Below the pieces are notes generated by a model. It saw only the letters and a list, made by a program, of their open reading frames with translations. It was not told the origin of the DNA and made no database searches. From contig CBDETY010000003.1 of NCBI GenBank assembly GCA_965243025.1, positions 1,184,001-1,248,000 on the forward strand: DNA of 64,000 bases, written 5' to 3'. Within the stretch, counting starts at the first letter, position 1, and the number at the start of each line of letters is the position of its first letter. Positions 56,274 to 64,000 of the stretch are shown here, piece after piece. Source of the stretch: Candidatus Latescibacterota bacterium (GTDB lineage Bacteria; Latescibacterota; UBA2968; UBA8231). Position numbers and translations under genes: made by a program.

Positions 56274-58274
56274 ATGGAAACGAAGAGATTGCCCATCTGC
56301 GCGGCGGCATTGTTCGCCGTCGCCCTCTACTGGACGGAATCCGGCGCCCTCACGATCTACCGCTTCGGGGGCGAGGAACTGCCGCCCCCTCACGAGGCGG
56401 AGAACGAGGGAGTCGTGTTCATCCCGCGCAGCTGGGCCGATCCCGTCGATGAAGACCTGGGGGGTGAAGTCTACCAGGTGGATCTCGGCGACCGCACCCT
56501 CAAGGCTCTCCAGTACGACCCCGGGATCAACATGGCTCCAACCGCAAAGGAGCGGGGGGAAGGTATCCGGGTGTCCACGAGGCAGGCCGATCACGAAAAG
56601 GCTGTGGACGGCGACCTGTCGACCGCCTGGTTTCCCGCCCAGTACCTTTGCGCCAACTACGATCCCAACCAGGTCGGCAGCAGGAGATGCCCGGCGAACA
56701 GCGACTACCTGGCCCCCCCTCCTCCCTACTTCCTCGGCGGCGGCCGCCGGTTCATCGCCGGCGGATACGGTCTCGGAGGCTGGACCTTCGGCCTCGGCGG
56801 ACTGTTCCTCATCGAAAAGGTCAGGATCATCTCCGGTCTCGAGGACGAGAGCGGGATCATGAAGAACTTCAAGCTCCTCGCCGCGGCGGGAAGCACTGCC
56901 GATCCCCGGGGCAGCATCCAGCATTTCAACGAGATCGTCGAGATCAGGGGAAACCAGCGGAAGGTTCTCGACATCGAGTTCCCTCCCGGTCAGCGGTTCG
57001 ATTTCCTGTCGATCCTGCACGCCGAGCACAACACCCCCTGGGCGGTGCACGAGGTGGAGGTTTACGCGCGGGGATTCGTCGAAAGGTCCTCGTACGTTTC
57101 CGAGGTCATCGAGTTCGACCGCGACATGGCCTGGGGCGAGCTTTCCTGGTCGGGGACCCGGGATCCCGGTGCGGAGATGCTCATCCACACCCGCAGCGGC
57201 AACACCTCCGACCAGAACCTCTACTGGCGGTTCACGGGGCTCGGGGGAACGGTGCAGGTGGAGGACGCCAAGGCCTACAACCGCCTCGCCCTCGGCGAGA
57301 GGGCGGGAACCACGTACGACCGCGACAACTGGACCTTCTGGTCGGCTCCGTACGACCTGCCGGACAGCTCGGGAACCCCGATTGTCAGCCTCGGGCCCCG
57401 CAGGTTCCTGCAGTTCAAGGTCGACATGCTTCCCGGGGAGGATTCGGGAAGCGAGCTCAGGTTCCTGGAGTTCCGCGCCTCCGAGCCGCTGGCGGCCAGG
57501 CTGGTCGGCGAGGTGTATCCGACCCGGGCGCCGGTTGCCGAGCCAACGTCGTTCACCTATTACCTGCGACCGTCGATTTCGGGGGACAACTCCGGTTTCG
57601 ACGGCCTCGAGATGACGACCACCTCGATCGTCAACGCGGTCAGCCAGGTGCGGATCGGGGAGCGGGAATGGCCCTTCTCGATCACCCCTCTCGATACCGA
57701 CGGAAGTGAACTGCCGGAATTTCCCGCGCATCGCTTCGAGTTGACTCTCGTCGACACCAAGCTGGTATCGCGGGCCAGCAGCACCCCGGTCGAGATCGAC
57801 TTCGAGGCTCGCGTGTTGAGGTCCGGTTCGGTCTTCGACCTGCGGGTCTTCGACAGCGGACGTCCCCTGGAGGTGCGGCAGAGCGTGGCGGAAGGGGATG
57901 CCAACAACCTGATAGAAGGGGACCGGGTGTCGGTGACGACTACCGCCGACGCCTCGTCCCTGCTGCAGGCCGTGGTGTCTCCGGCGGTCTTCACTCCCAA
58001 CGGAGACCAGGTCAACGACGCCGTCCGCATCTCCTACGATCTGCTGGAAATCATCGGGCTCGCCTCGGTCACCATTGACATTACCGATCTGTCAGGCCGC
58101 GTGGTCAGACGCCTTTACGAGGGAGACGACGCCATCGGCAACTACCGGAGGGAGTGGGACGGCAGGGACGGGTCGGGGGAGATGGTCCCCCCCGGGATAT
58201 ACCTCTACTCCATCGTGGCCGATACCGACCGGGGCAGGGTGGCCAGACTCGGCAGCCTCAACATCGCCCGCTGA
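56274..58274 (+). CDS. Secreted protein with discoidin-like N-terminal region and FlgD-Ig/CHU_C-like C-terminal domain
   Basis: Signal peptide followed by LTIYRFGGEELP; AVDGDLSTAW; C-terminus FTPNGDQVND...DLSGRVV...WDGRD...PGIYL. Forms the C-terminal part of the 1014-aa track ORF. Confidence 0.8.
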   Translation: METKRLPICAAALFAVALYWTESGALTIYRFGGEELPPPHEAENEGVVFIPRSWADPVDEDLGGEVYQVDLGDRTLKALQYDPGINMAPTAKERGEGIRVSTRQADHEKAVDGDLSTAWFPAQYLCANYDPNQVGSRRCPANSDYLAPPPPYFLGGGRRFIAGGYGLGGWTFGLGGLFLIEKVRIISGLEDESGIMKNFKLLAAAGSTADPRGSIQHFNEIVEIRGNQRKVLDIEFPPGQRFDFLSILHAEHNTPWAVHEVEVYARGFVERSSYVSEVIEFDRDMAWGELSWSGTRDPGAEMLIHTRSGNTSDQNLYWRFTGLGGTVQVEDAKAYNRLALGERAGTTYDRDNWTFWSAPYDLPDSSGTPIVSLGPRRFLQFKVDMLPGEDSGSELRFLEFRASEPLAARLVGEVYPTRAPVAEPTSFTYYLRPSISGDNSGFDGLEMTTTSIVNAVSQVRIGEREWPFSITPLDTDGSELPEFPAHRFELTLVDTKLVSRASSTPVEIDFEARVLRSGSVFDLRVFDSGRPLEVRQSVAEGDANNLIEGDRVSVTTTADASSLLQAVVSPAVFTPNGDQVNDAVRISYDLLEIIGLASVTIDITDLSGRVVRRLYEGDDAIGNYRREWDGRDGSGEMVPPGIYLYSIVADTDRGRVARLGSLNIAR

Positions 58275-58295
58275 CAGCCGTACTGCGGCGCGGCG

Positions 58296-58316
58296 GATCC
58301 CCGGGGGCCGGGGATC
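58296..58316. terminator. Perfect hairpin between convergent genes
   Basis: gatccccgg-ggg-ccggggatc (9-bp stem), about 21 nt after stop 58274. No U-tract. Confidence 0.35.
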
Positions 58317-58446
58317 GGTCGCGCCATCTTCCCAGGCGTTAAGAAACCCGACGATCTGAAGACCGATGCCGGTGTCTTGGCGACGGGGCCGGGCACCCCC
58401 GGGGACCTCCGGTCTGGCCAGCCGTCGTCCGGGCAGGGCCGGCCCG

Positions 58447-60291
58447 TCAGGCTGCCGGCAGGGTGAAACCGAAAGTCGACCCGCGGCCGAGCACGCTGTC
58501 GACGAAGACGCGCTCGCCGTGCGCCTCGACCACGTGGCGGACGATGGAGAGCCCGAGGCCGGTTCCCCCCATTTCCCGGGAGCGGCCCTTGTCGACGCGA
58601 TAGAAGCGCTCGAAAACCCGCGTGACCGCCTCGGACGGGATGCCGATCCCGGTATCGGCGACCTCGAGGACGATGGTGGGAACCCCTCTTCCGCCGTCTT
58701 CGGCAGGATCCTGCACGGCCCCGCCGCTCCAGCTCTTCCCGGCGAGGAAGGGCTTCAAATCCTCCCTGGACAGGACCCGGGCGCCGACTTCGACCCGTCC
58801 GTTTTCAGCCGAGTACTTCACCGCGTTCCCGATCAGGTTGACCAGGGCCTGCTCGATCAGCTTGCGGTCGCACAGGGCGCGCGTCTCCGCCGTCACCGAA
58901 ACCTCGATGTGGATCTTCCGGCGCGCCGCCATCTGGGCAACCGACTCGACCGAGGACTCCGCCAGGGCCCGCAGGTTGCAGGGGGCCGGATCGATCTCGA
59001 GTTCATCCGCCTCGAGGCGGGAGAGGTCGAGAAGGTCGTTCAGCAGGTTGGTCAGGCGGTCTGAATGAGTGGCGATTACCTGGAGAAAACGCCCTGCCGC
59101 TTCGCCGTCGTCGATGGCCCCGTCGACGAGCGTCTCCGCACAGCCCTTGATTGCGGTCAGAGGGGTTCGCAGCTCGTGCGACACGTTGGCGACGAAATCC
59201 TTGCGCATGGTCTCCAGGCGGCGCTGGCGGGTGATGTCGTAAAACACCGCAACCGTCCCGCGGCCGAGACGCTCGGTAACGACCGGCGCCACCCTGATGT
59301 CGATATGGCGCTCTTCGCCGCTGAGCTCGACCTCGAGATCCGTTCCCCTCCCCGACCTCGAGGTTTCGGCGATCGCTTCCTCGACGCGGGTGTTGCGCAC
59401 CAGCTCGACAAGGGGCATGCCGGGACGCCAGGCGTCGAGCCCGAACATTCCGGTCAGGGCGGGATTGGCCAGGAGGACGCGATTGTCGGGGCCGGTTACC
59501 AGGATCCCTTCGGAGACGCTGTCGAGAATGGTCTCGAGCCGCGTTTTCTCGGTGCTGAGCTGGACGACGCGATCCTGGATCTGGCTGTACATGTCGCGCA
59601 GGGCCCTGGCGAGGTCGTGGAGCTCCCTGGCCGCCAGGGCGGTTCCAGGTATGTGGCCGCCGTATTCCCCGGTGGCCATCTCCCGGGCGCTGCGGGTCAT
59701 CTCGACCACCGGGCGCGATTCGAAGCGCGAAGCCCCGTAGGCGAGGACGATGGCGACAGCGAGGCCGAGCAGGGAGGCCAGCCAGACGGCGTCCCGGACA
59801 TGGTCCTGCACATTTTCGACCTCGTCGAGCGGCATCGCCAGGCGCAGCACGAGCCGGTCGTCGCCGGGAACGAGCCGGGCGACGTAGAGCATGTCGGTCT
59901 TCAGGGTGTTGCTGAAGCGCAGGCTGCGGCCGACGCCCCCGGCCCGGGCCGCTTTCACCTCGGGCCTGTCGGCGTGGTTGTCGAGCCCTGGCAGGGCTGC
60001 TGTTGGAACCTGGGAATCGCCGACCACCACGCCGTCGGCGTCGATGAGGGTCAGACGCAGGGCAAGGCGGTGGCCCAGGAGGTCGGCCTGGGCGTCGAAC
60101 GCTTCGACGTCGAGCGTCGGCTGCATCCGCTGCCAGGTCTCGCCGGCCAGCCGCGAGTCACGGGCGAGGTTGTCGGCGATGTGGTCGACGAGGAAGTTCC
60201 GCAGGTTGCGGTCGAGGTACCACTGGACGCAGACCAGGACCACGACGACCACCAGCACGTAGGTCACCATCAGTTTCCAGTGGAGGCGCAT
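58447..60291 (-). CDS. phoR: Phosphate regulon sensor histidine kinase
   Basis: Two TM segments, HAMP and PAS regions, DFVANVSHELRTPLT H-box, NLIGNAVKYS, DTGIGIP, FERFYRVDK and GTGLGL. Lies downstream of pst/phoU/phoB. Confidence 0.9.
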   Translation of the reverse strand: MRLHWKLMVTYVLVVVVVLVCVQWYLDRNLRNFLVDHIADNLARDSRLAGETWQRMQPTLDVEAFDAQADLLGHRLALRLTLIDADGVVVGDSQVPTAALPGLDNHADRPEVKAARAGGVGRSLRFSNTLKTDMLYVARLVPGDDRLVLRLAMPLDEVENVQDHVRDAVWLASLLGLAVAIVLAYGASRFESRPVVEMTRSAREMATGEYGGHIPGTALAARELHDLARALRDMYSQIQDRVVQLSTEKTRLETILDSVSEGILVTGPDNRVLLANPALTGMFGLDAWRPGMPLVELVRNTRVEEAIAETSRSGRGTDLEVELSGEERHIDIRVAPVVTERLGRGTVAVFYDITRQRRLETMRKDFVANVSHELRTPLTAIKGCAETLVDGAIDDGEAAGRFLQVIATHSDRLTNLLNDLLDLSRLEADELEIDPAPCNLRALAESSVESVAQMAARRKIHIEVSVTAETRALCDRKLIEQALVNLIGNAVKYSAENGRVEVGARVLSREDLKPFLAGKSWSGGAVQDPAEDGGRGVPTIVLEVADTGIGIPSEAVTRVFERFYRVDKGRSREMGGTGLGLSIVRHVVEAHGERVFVDSVLGRGSTFGFTLPAA

Positions 60292-60319
60292 GTCGCTAAC
60301 GTGCGGGAGGTTACAGGTG

Positions 60320-61024
60320 CTACTCGACCCAGCGTTTGAAGCGGTAACCGACGCCGCGCACGGTCTCGACCAGCGAGGCGTCGGCTCCGAGCTTTTCGCG
60401 CAGCCGCCTGACGTGGGTGTCGACGGTGCGCGCGTAACCGGCGTACTCGTACTCCCAGACGGTGGTGAGCAGCTCCTGGCGGCTCTGCACCCGCCCGCGG
60501 CGCTCGACGAGAGTGCGCAGCAGCTTGAACTCCGTCGCCGTCAGCTCGAGGGGCTCCCCGCGCAGACAGGCGCGGTACTCCAGGGGGTCGATGCGCAGGG
60601 GACCCGCCTCGATCGCGGCGCCTTCCTCCGCCGGGGGGGCCTCCCGGCCGGCGCGGCTGCGCCGCAGAATCGCCCGCACCCTCAGCACCAGCTCCCGGGG
60701 GGAGAACGGCTTGACCACGTAGTCGTCGGCTCCCAGCTCGAGACCGACGATGCGGTCCACCTCCTCGGACCTCGCCGTAAGCATCAGCACCGGTATCTCC
60801 CTGGCCGCCTCGTTCTGCTTCAGCATGCGGCAGACTTCGAGGCCGTCGACACCGGGCAGCATCAGGTCGAGGATGACGAGGTCGGGATCCTCCCGCTCGA
60901 TGCTCTCGAGGGCGGTCTCGCCGTCGTCGGCGGTCGCCACTTCGAATCCGGATTGCCTGAGATTGTAGCTGACGACTTCCTGGATGTCGGGTTCGTCCTC
61001 GACTACGAGCACTTTCGAGCTCAT
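60320..61024 (-). CDS. phoB: Phosphate regulon OmpR-family response regulator
   Basis: VLVVEDE, LDLMLPG, LTAR, GADDYVVKPF, RTVDTHVRRLREKL and TVRGVGY motifs. ATGA overlap with phoU. Confidence 0.9.
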   Translation of the reverse strand: MSSKVLVVEDEPDIQEVVSYNLRQSGFEVATADDGETALESIEREDPDLVILDLMLPGVDGLEVCRMLKQNEAAREIPVLMLTARSEEVDRIVGLELGADDYVVKPFSPRELVLRVRAILRRSRAGREAPPAEEGAAIEAGPLRIDPLEYRACLRGEPLELTATEFKLLRTLVERRGRVQSRQELLTTVWEYEYAGYARTVDTHVRRLREKLGADASLVETVRGVGYRFKRWVE

Positions 61025-61728
61025 GGTTCGACTCCATCGGTAGGTGGTCCCTTGCCCTCCCCCCACCAGGATTCCTTCTGGTGGCGGACGATTCTGCCCT
61101 CGACCAGGAAGGCGGCGTTCTCGGCGATGTTGGAAGCGTGATCGCCGATGCGTTCGAAGTGCCTGCTTATCAGGATCAGGTGAATGGCGCGGTCGACGGT
61201 GTCCGGCTGGCCGCCTTTCAGGTAGGTGAGAAGCTCGCGGAAGATCTGGTCCCGCAGCATGTCGACGTCGTCGTCGCGCCTGCACACCTGGCGGGCGACG
61301 TCGACGTTGCGCCGCACGAAGGCGTCGAGGGCGTCCTTGACCATGCGCTGGGTCATCTCGGACATGCGCGGGATGTCGATCAGCGGCTTGAGCAGCGGAA
61401 GCTTGTTGAGGACCAGGGCGCGCTCGGCGATGTTGACGGCCTGGTCGTTTATGCGCTCGAGGTCGTAGTTGACCTTCATCATCATGGCGAGCTGGCGCAG
61501 GTCCGAGGCGACCGGCTGGTGAGTCGCCAGCAGCTTGAGGATCTCCTCTTCGATCGCCACTTCCCAGTCGTCGATGCGGGCGTTGCCGGCGATCACCTCC
61601 TCGGCCAGGCGGTCGTCCTGGTCGACGAGGGCGCGGTTGGCGTCGGCGATCGATTCCTCGACGGCTGCCCCCATTTTCAGGAACTCGCTCTTCAGTTCGT
61701 CGATCTTGTGGGTCAGTTGTGATTCCAT
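61021..61728 (-). CDS. phoU: Phosphate signalling complex protein PhoU
   Basis: QPVASDLR, DLERINDQA..IA and ERIGDHASNIAE motifs. Confidence 0.95.
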   Translation of the reverse strand: MESQLTHKIDELKSEFLKMGAAVEESIADANRALVDQDDRLAEEVIAGNARIDDWEVAIEEEILKLLATHQPVASDLRQLAMMMKVNYDLERINDQAVNIAERALVLNKLPLLKPLIDIPRMSEMTQRMVKDALDAFVRRNVDVARQVCRRDDDVDMLRDQIFRELLTYLKGGQPDTVDRAIHLILISRHFERIGDHASNIAENAAFLVEGRIVRHQKESWWGEGKGPPTDGVEP

Positions 61729-61746
61729 TTTTCGCTGTCCGCCGTC

Positions 61747-62574
61747 TCAGCCGAAACGGCCGGTTACGTAATCCTCGGTCTGGTCCAGGCGAGGATTGGT
61801 GAAGATCTGGTCGGTGCGCCCCATCTCGACGAGGCGGCCCATGTAGAAGAAGGCGGTGTAGTCCGAAACGCGGGAAGCCTGCTGCATGTTGTGGGTGACG
61901 ATGACGATGGTGTAGCGCTGCTTGAGCTCGGCGATCGTCTCCTCGACGCGCGCCGTGGCGATCGGGTCGAGGGCCGAGCAGGGCTCGTCCATCAGCAGCA
62001 CCGACGGCTCGACCGCCAGCGCCCGCGCGATGCACAGCCTCTGCTGCTGCCCTCCCGACAGCTCGAGGGCGTTGTCGTCGAGACGGTCCTTGACCTCCTC
62101 CCACAGGGCGGCCGACCTGAGGCCGTGCTCGACCGCTTCGTCGAGGGTGGACCTGTCCTTCTCCCCGGCGATGCGCAGGCCGTAGGCGACGTTCTCGTAC
62201 ACCGATTTGGGGAAGGGGTTCGGCCTCTGAAACACCATGCCGACGCGGCGGCGCAGGTCTATGGGGTCGAAACCGGGAGCGTAGATGTCCTCCCCCTCCA
62301 GGGTCAGGGTGCCCTCGATGCGGACCGAATCGATCAGATCGTTGAGGCGGTTGATGCAGCGCAGCAGGGTGGACTTGCCGCATCCGGAGGGGCCGATCAG
62401 GGCGCACACATGGTTCCCGGGGATCTGCAGGACGATCTGGAACAGCGCCTGGGTATCGCCGTAGTAGAGACTCAGGCTGCCGACGTCGATCACGGGCCTC
62501 GCGATCTCCACGGACGCCCTCCGGGGAACGACGTCGTCCCCCTCGGTCAGAACCCCGACAGCCGGATCGCTCAT
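61747..62574 (-). CDS. pstB: Phosphate ABC transporter ATP-binding protein
   Basis: [52 protein letters not shown] and YVTGRFG motifs. Start MSDPAV. Confidence 0.95.
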   Translation of the reverse strand: MSDPAVGVLTEGDDVVPRRASVEIARPVIDVGSLSLYYGDTQALFQIVLQIPGNHVCALIGPSGCGKSTLLRCINRLNDLIDSVRIEGTLTLEGEDIYAPGFDPIDLRRRVGMVFQRPNPFPKSVYENVAYGLRIAGEKDRSTLDEAVEHGLRSAALWEEVKDRLDDNALELSGGQQQRLCIARALAVEPSVLLMDEPCSALDPIATARVEETIAELKQRYTIVIVTHNMQQASRVSDYTAFFYMGRLVEMGRTDQIFTNPRLDQTEDYVTGRFG

Positions 62575-62582
62575 GGGGCAGT

Positions 62583-64000
62583 CTACAAGGCAGTGGGCGC
62601 GTAGCGCAGGCGCAGGCGCTTGCGCACGACGATGGCGGTGAGGTTGAGGACCAGAACCAGGGCGAGGAGCAGGAAAGTCGTCGCGTACACCATCGGCCTC
62701 GCCGCCTCGACGTTGGGGGACTGGAAACCGACGTCGTAGATGTGAAACCCGAGGTGCATGAACTTGCGCTCGAGGTGGAGGAACGGAAAAACGCCGTCCA
62801 GGGGGAGGTCGGGCGCCAGTTTCACCACCCCGGTAATCATCAACGGCGCCACCTCCCCGGCGCCGCGGGCGGTCGCCAGGATGACGCCGGTGAGGATTCC
62901 GGGCAGCGCCCCCGGCAGGACGACGCGCCAGATCATCTGCAGCTTGGTCGAGCCGAGGGCCAGCGAGCCCTCGCGAATGCCTGCCGGGACGGAGCCCAGC
63001 GCTTCCTCGGTGGCGACGATGACGACCGGGAGGGTGAGCAGGGCGAGGGTAAGGGAAGCCCACAGGATTCCGCCGGTGCCGAACGTCGGCGCCGGCAGGG
63101 CCGCGGAAAAAAACAGGTGATCGATAACCGCCCCGACGCCGTAGACGAAGAACCCGAGGCCGAACATCCCGAAGACGATCGAGGGGACGCCGGCGAGATT
63201 GTTGACGGCGATGCGGATCAGGCGGACAAGCGGTCCCTGGCGCGCGTACTCGCCCAGGTACAGTGACGCCAGAACCCCGAACGGGACCACCGCGAGGGTC
63301 ATGATGATGACCATCATCACGGTGCCGAACAGCGCCGGGAAGATGCCCCCCTCGGTGTTCGACTCGCGCGGCTGCCCGCTGAGGAACTCCCACGCCTTGC
63401 CGGCGTAGAGGGCCGCCTTGCGGGCGGTTCCCATCTGGTTGGGCAGGTAGAGCCTGACTGCGTCGGCGAGCTTTACCCTGCGCGTTTCCCCGGATGCGAG
63501 AGCGACGAGGATTTCGTCTTCATCCCCCTGGCGGCGCAGGTCGGACAGGCGCGCGGTCAGGATTTCGTACCGCTTCCAGAGCACCTCCCGGCGCGAGGCG
63601 AGCCGTTCCAGCCCGGACGCGGACCGGTCCTCGAGCTGCAGCTGGCGCTCGCGCAGCCGGATCTCCTCGATCTCGGCGTTGACCGCGGCGATCTCGTCCC
63701 GTTCCAGCCGCCGGATCCGCTTCCGCAGAGCGTCGACGCGGGCGCGGGCGGCGGCGAGCTGCTCCCAGGCAAGGGGAGTGTCGAGGGCCACCGGCTCCCC
63801 TCCGTCGACGGCGAAGGAGGTGGGAACCCCGAGCATGTCCCCCCACTCGACACGCTCCAGGACGGCCGCCCCGGCGGGGAAGGTCGTGGAGAGGATCTCG
63901 GCTTCGGGGATCCAGCGGAAATCCAGCCCGTACACGTCGCGGTTTCCGGTCTTGATCTGGAGGCGGTGGGCGGCCGCGGCCCCGGCATCCTCTGCGGGGA
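62583..64000 (-). CDS. pstA: Phosphate ABC transporter permease PstA (long form); 5' end outside the window
   Basis: [39 protein letters not shown] and [10 protein letters not shown] motifs. Confidence 0.95.
   Translation of the reverse strand, partial: PAEDAGAAAAHRLQIKTGNRDVYGLDFRWIPEAEILSTTFPAGAAVLERVEWGDMLGVPTSFAVDGGEPVALDTPLAWEQLAAARARVDALRKRIRRLERDEIAAVNAEIEEIRLRERQLQLEDRSASGLERLASRREVLWKRYEILTARLSDLRRQGDEDEILVALASGETRRVKLADAVRLYLPNQMGTARKAALYAGKAWEFLSGQPRESNTEGGIFPALFGTVMMVIIMTLAVVPFGVLASLYLGEYARQGPLVRLIRIAVNNLAGVPSIVFGMFGLGFFVYGVGAVIDHLFFSAALPAPTFGTGGILWASLTLALLTLPVVIVATEEALGSVPAGIREGSLALGSTKLQMIWRVVLPGALPGILTGVILATARGAGEVAPLMITGVVKLAPDLPLDGVFPFLHLERKFMHLGFHIYDVGFQSPNVEAARPMVYATTFLLLALVLVLNLTAIVVRKRLRLRYAPTAL

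Noticed and set aside
61025-63393. Apparent long N-terminal extensions of phoB (695 aa) and pstB (548 aa)
   Set aside because: They are alternative frames over phoU, pstB and pstA. The true starts are at 61024 and 62574.

Overview
GC-rich bacterial window with about 41 protein-coding genes and one pseudogene. No rRNA, tRNA, CRISPR array, transposase, integrase or phage genes were seen. The gene content (FlgD/CHU_C-like C-terminal-domain proteins, ASPIC/UnbV proteins, DUF6785-like permeases, a WGxIK-tailed secreted protein) resembles Latescibacterota/Gemmatimonadota-type bacteria; this is an inference, not a taxonomic assignment. The left part (1-39.5 kb) is a cell-envelope region. Its core is a minus-strand operon behind a sigma70-like promoter at about 18.85 kb, encoding two secreted proteins with a shared C-terminal domain, two paralogous ~950-aa predicted outer-membrane barrel-like proteins, a degenerate double-parvulin lipoprotein, an FG-GAP/ASPIC-UnbV protein and, further downstream, a PhyH dioxygenase and two DUF6785-like permeases. 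Three more members of the secreted family, three more ASPIC/UnbV proteins, two TPR proteins and a third permease lie nearby. This set is the best candidate for an undescribed export, surface-display or uptake system. The right part holds catabolic enzymes, often in pairs (2 enolase-superfamily, 2 GGT-like, 2 BNR sialidase-like, 2 amidohydrolases, nitrilase, RraA-like aldolase, SGNH hydrolase), and ends in a pstA-pstB-phoU-phoB-phoR operon. A decayed GH95 gene lies at 32.5-34.0 kb. Many start codons were re-chosen by eye from the ORF track. All family names come from motif recognition, not database searches.
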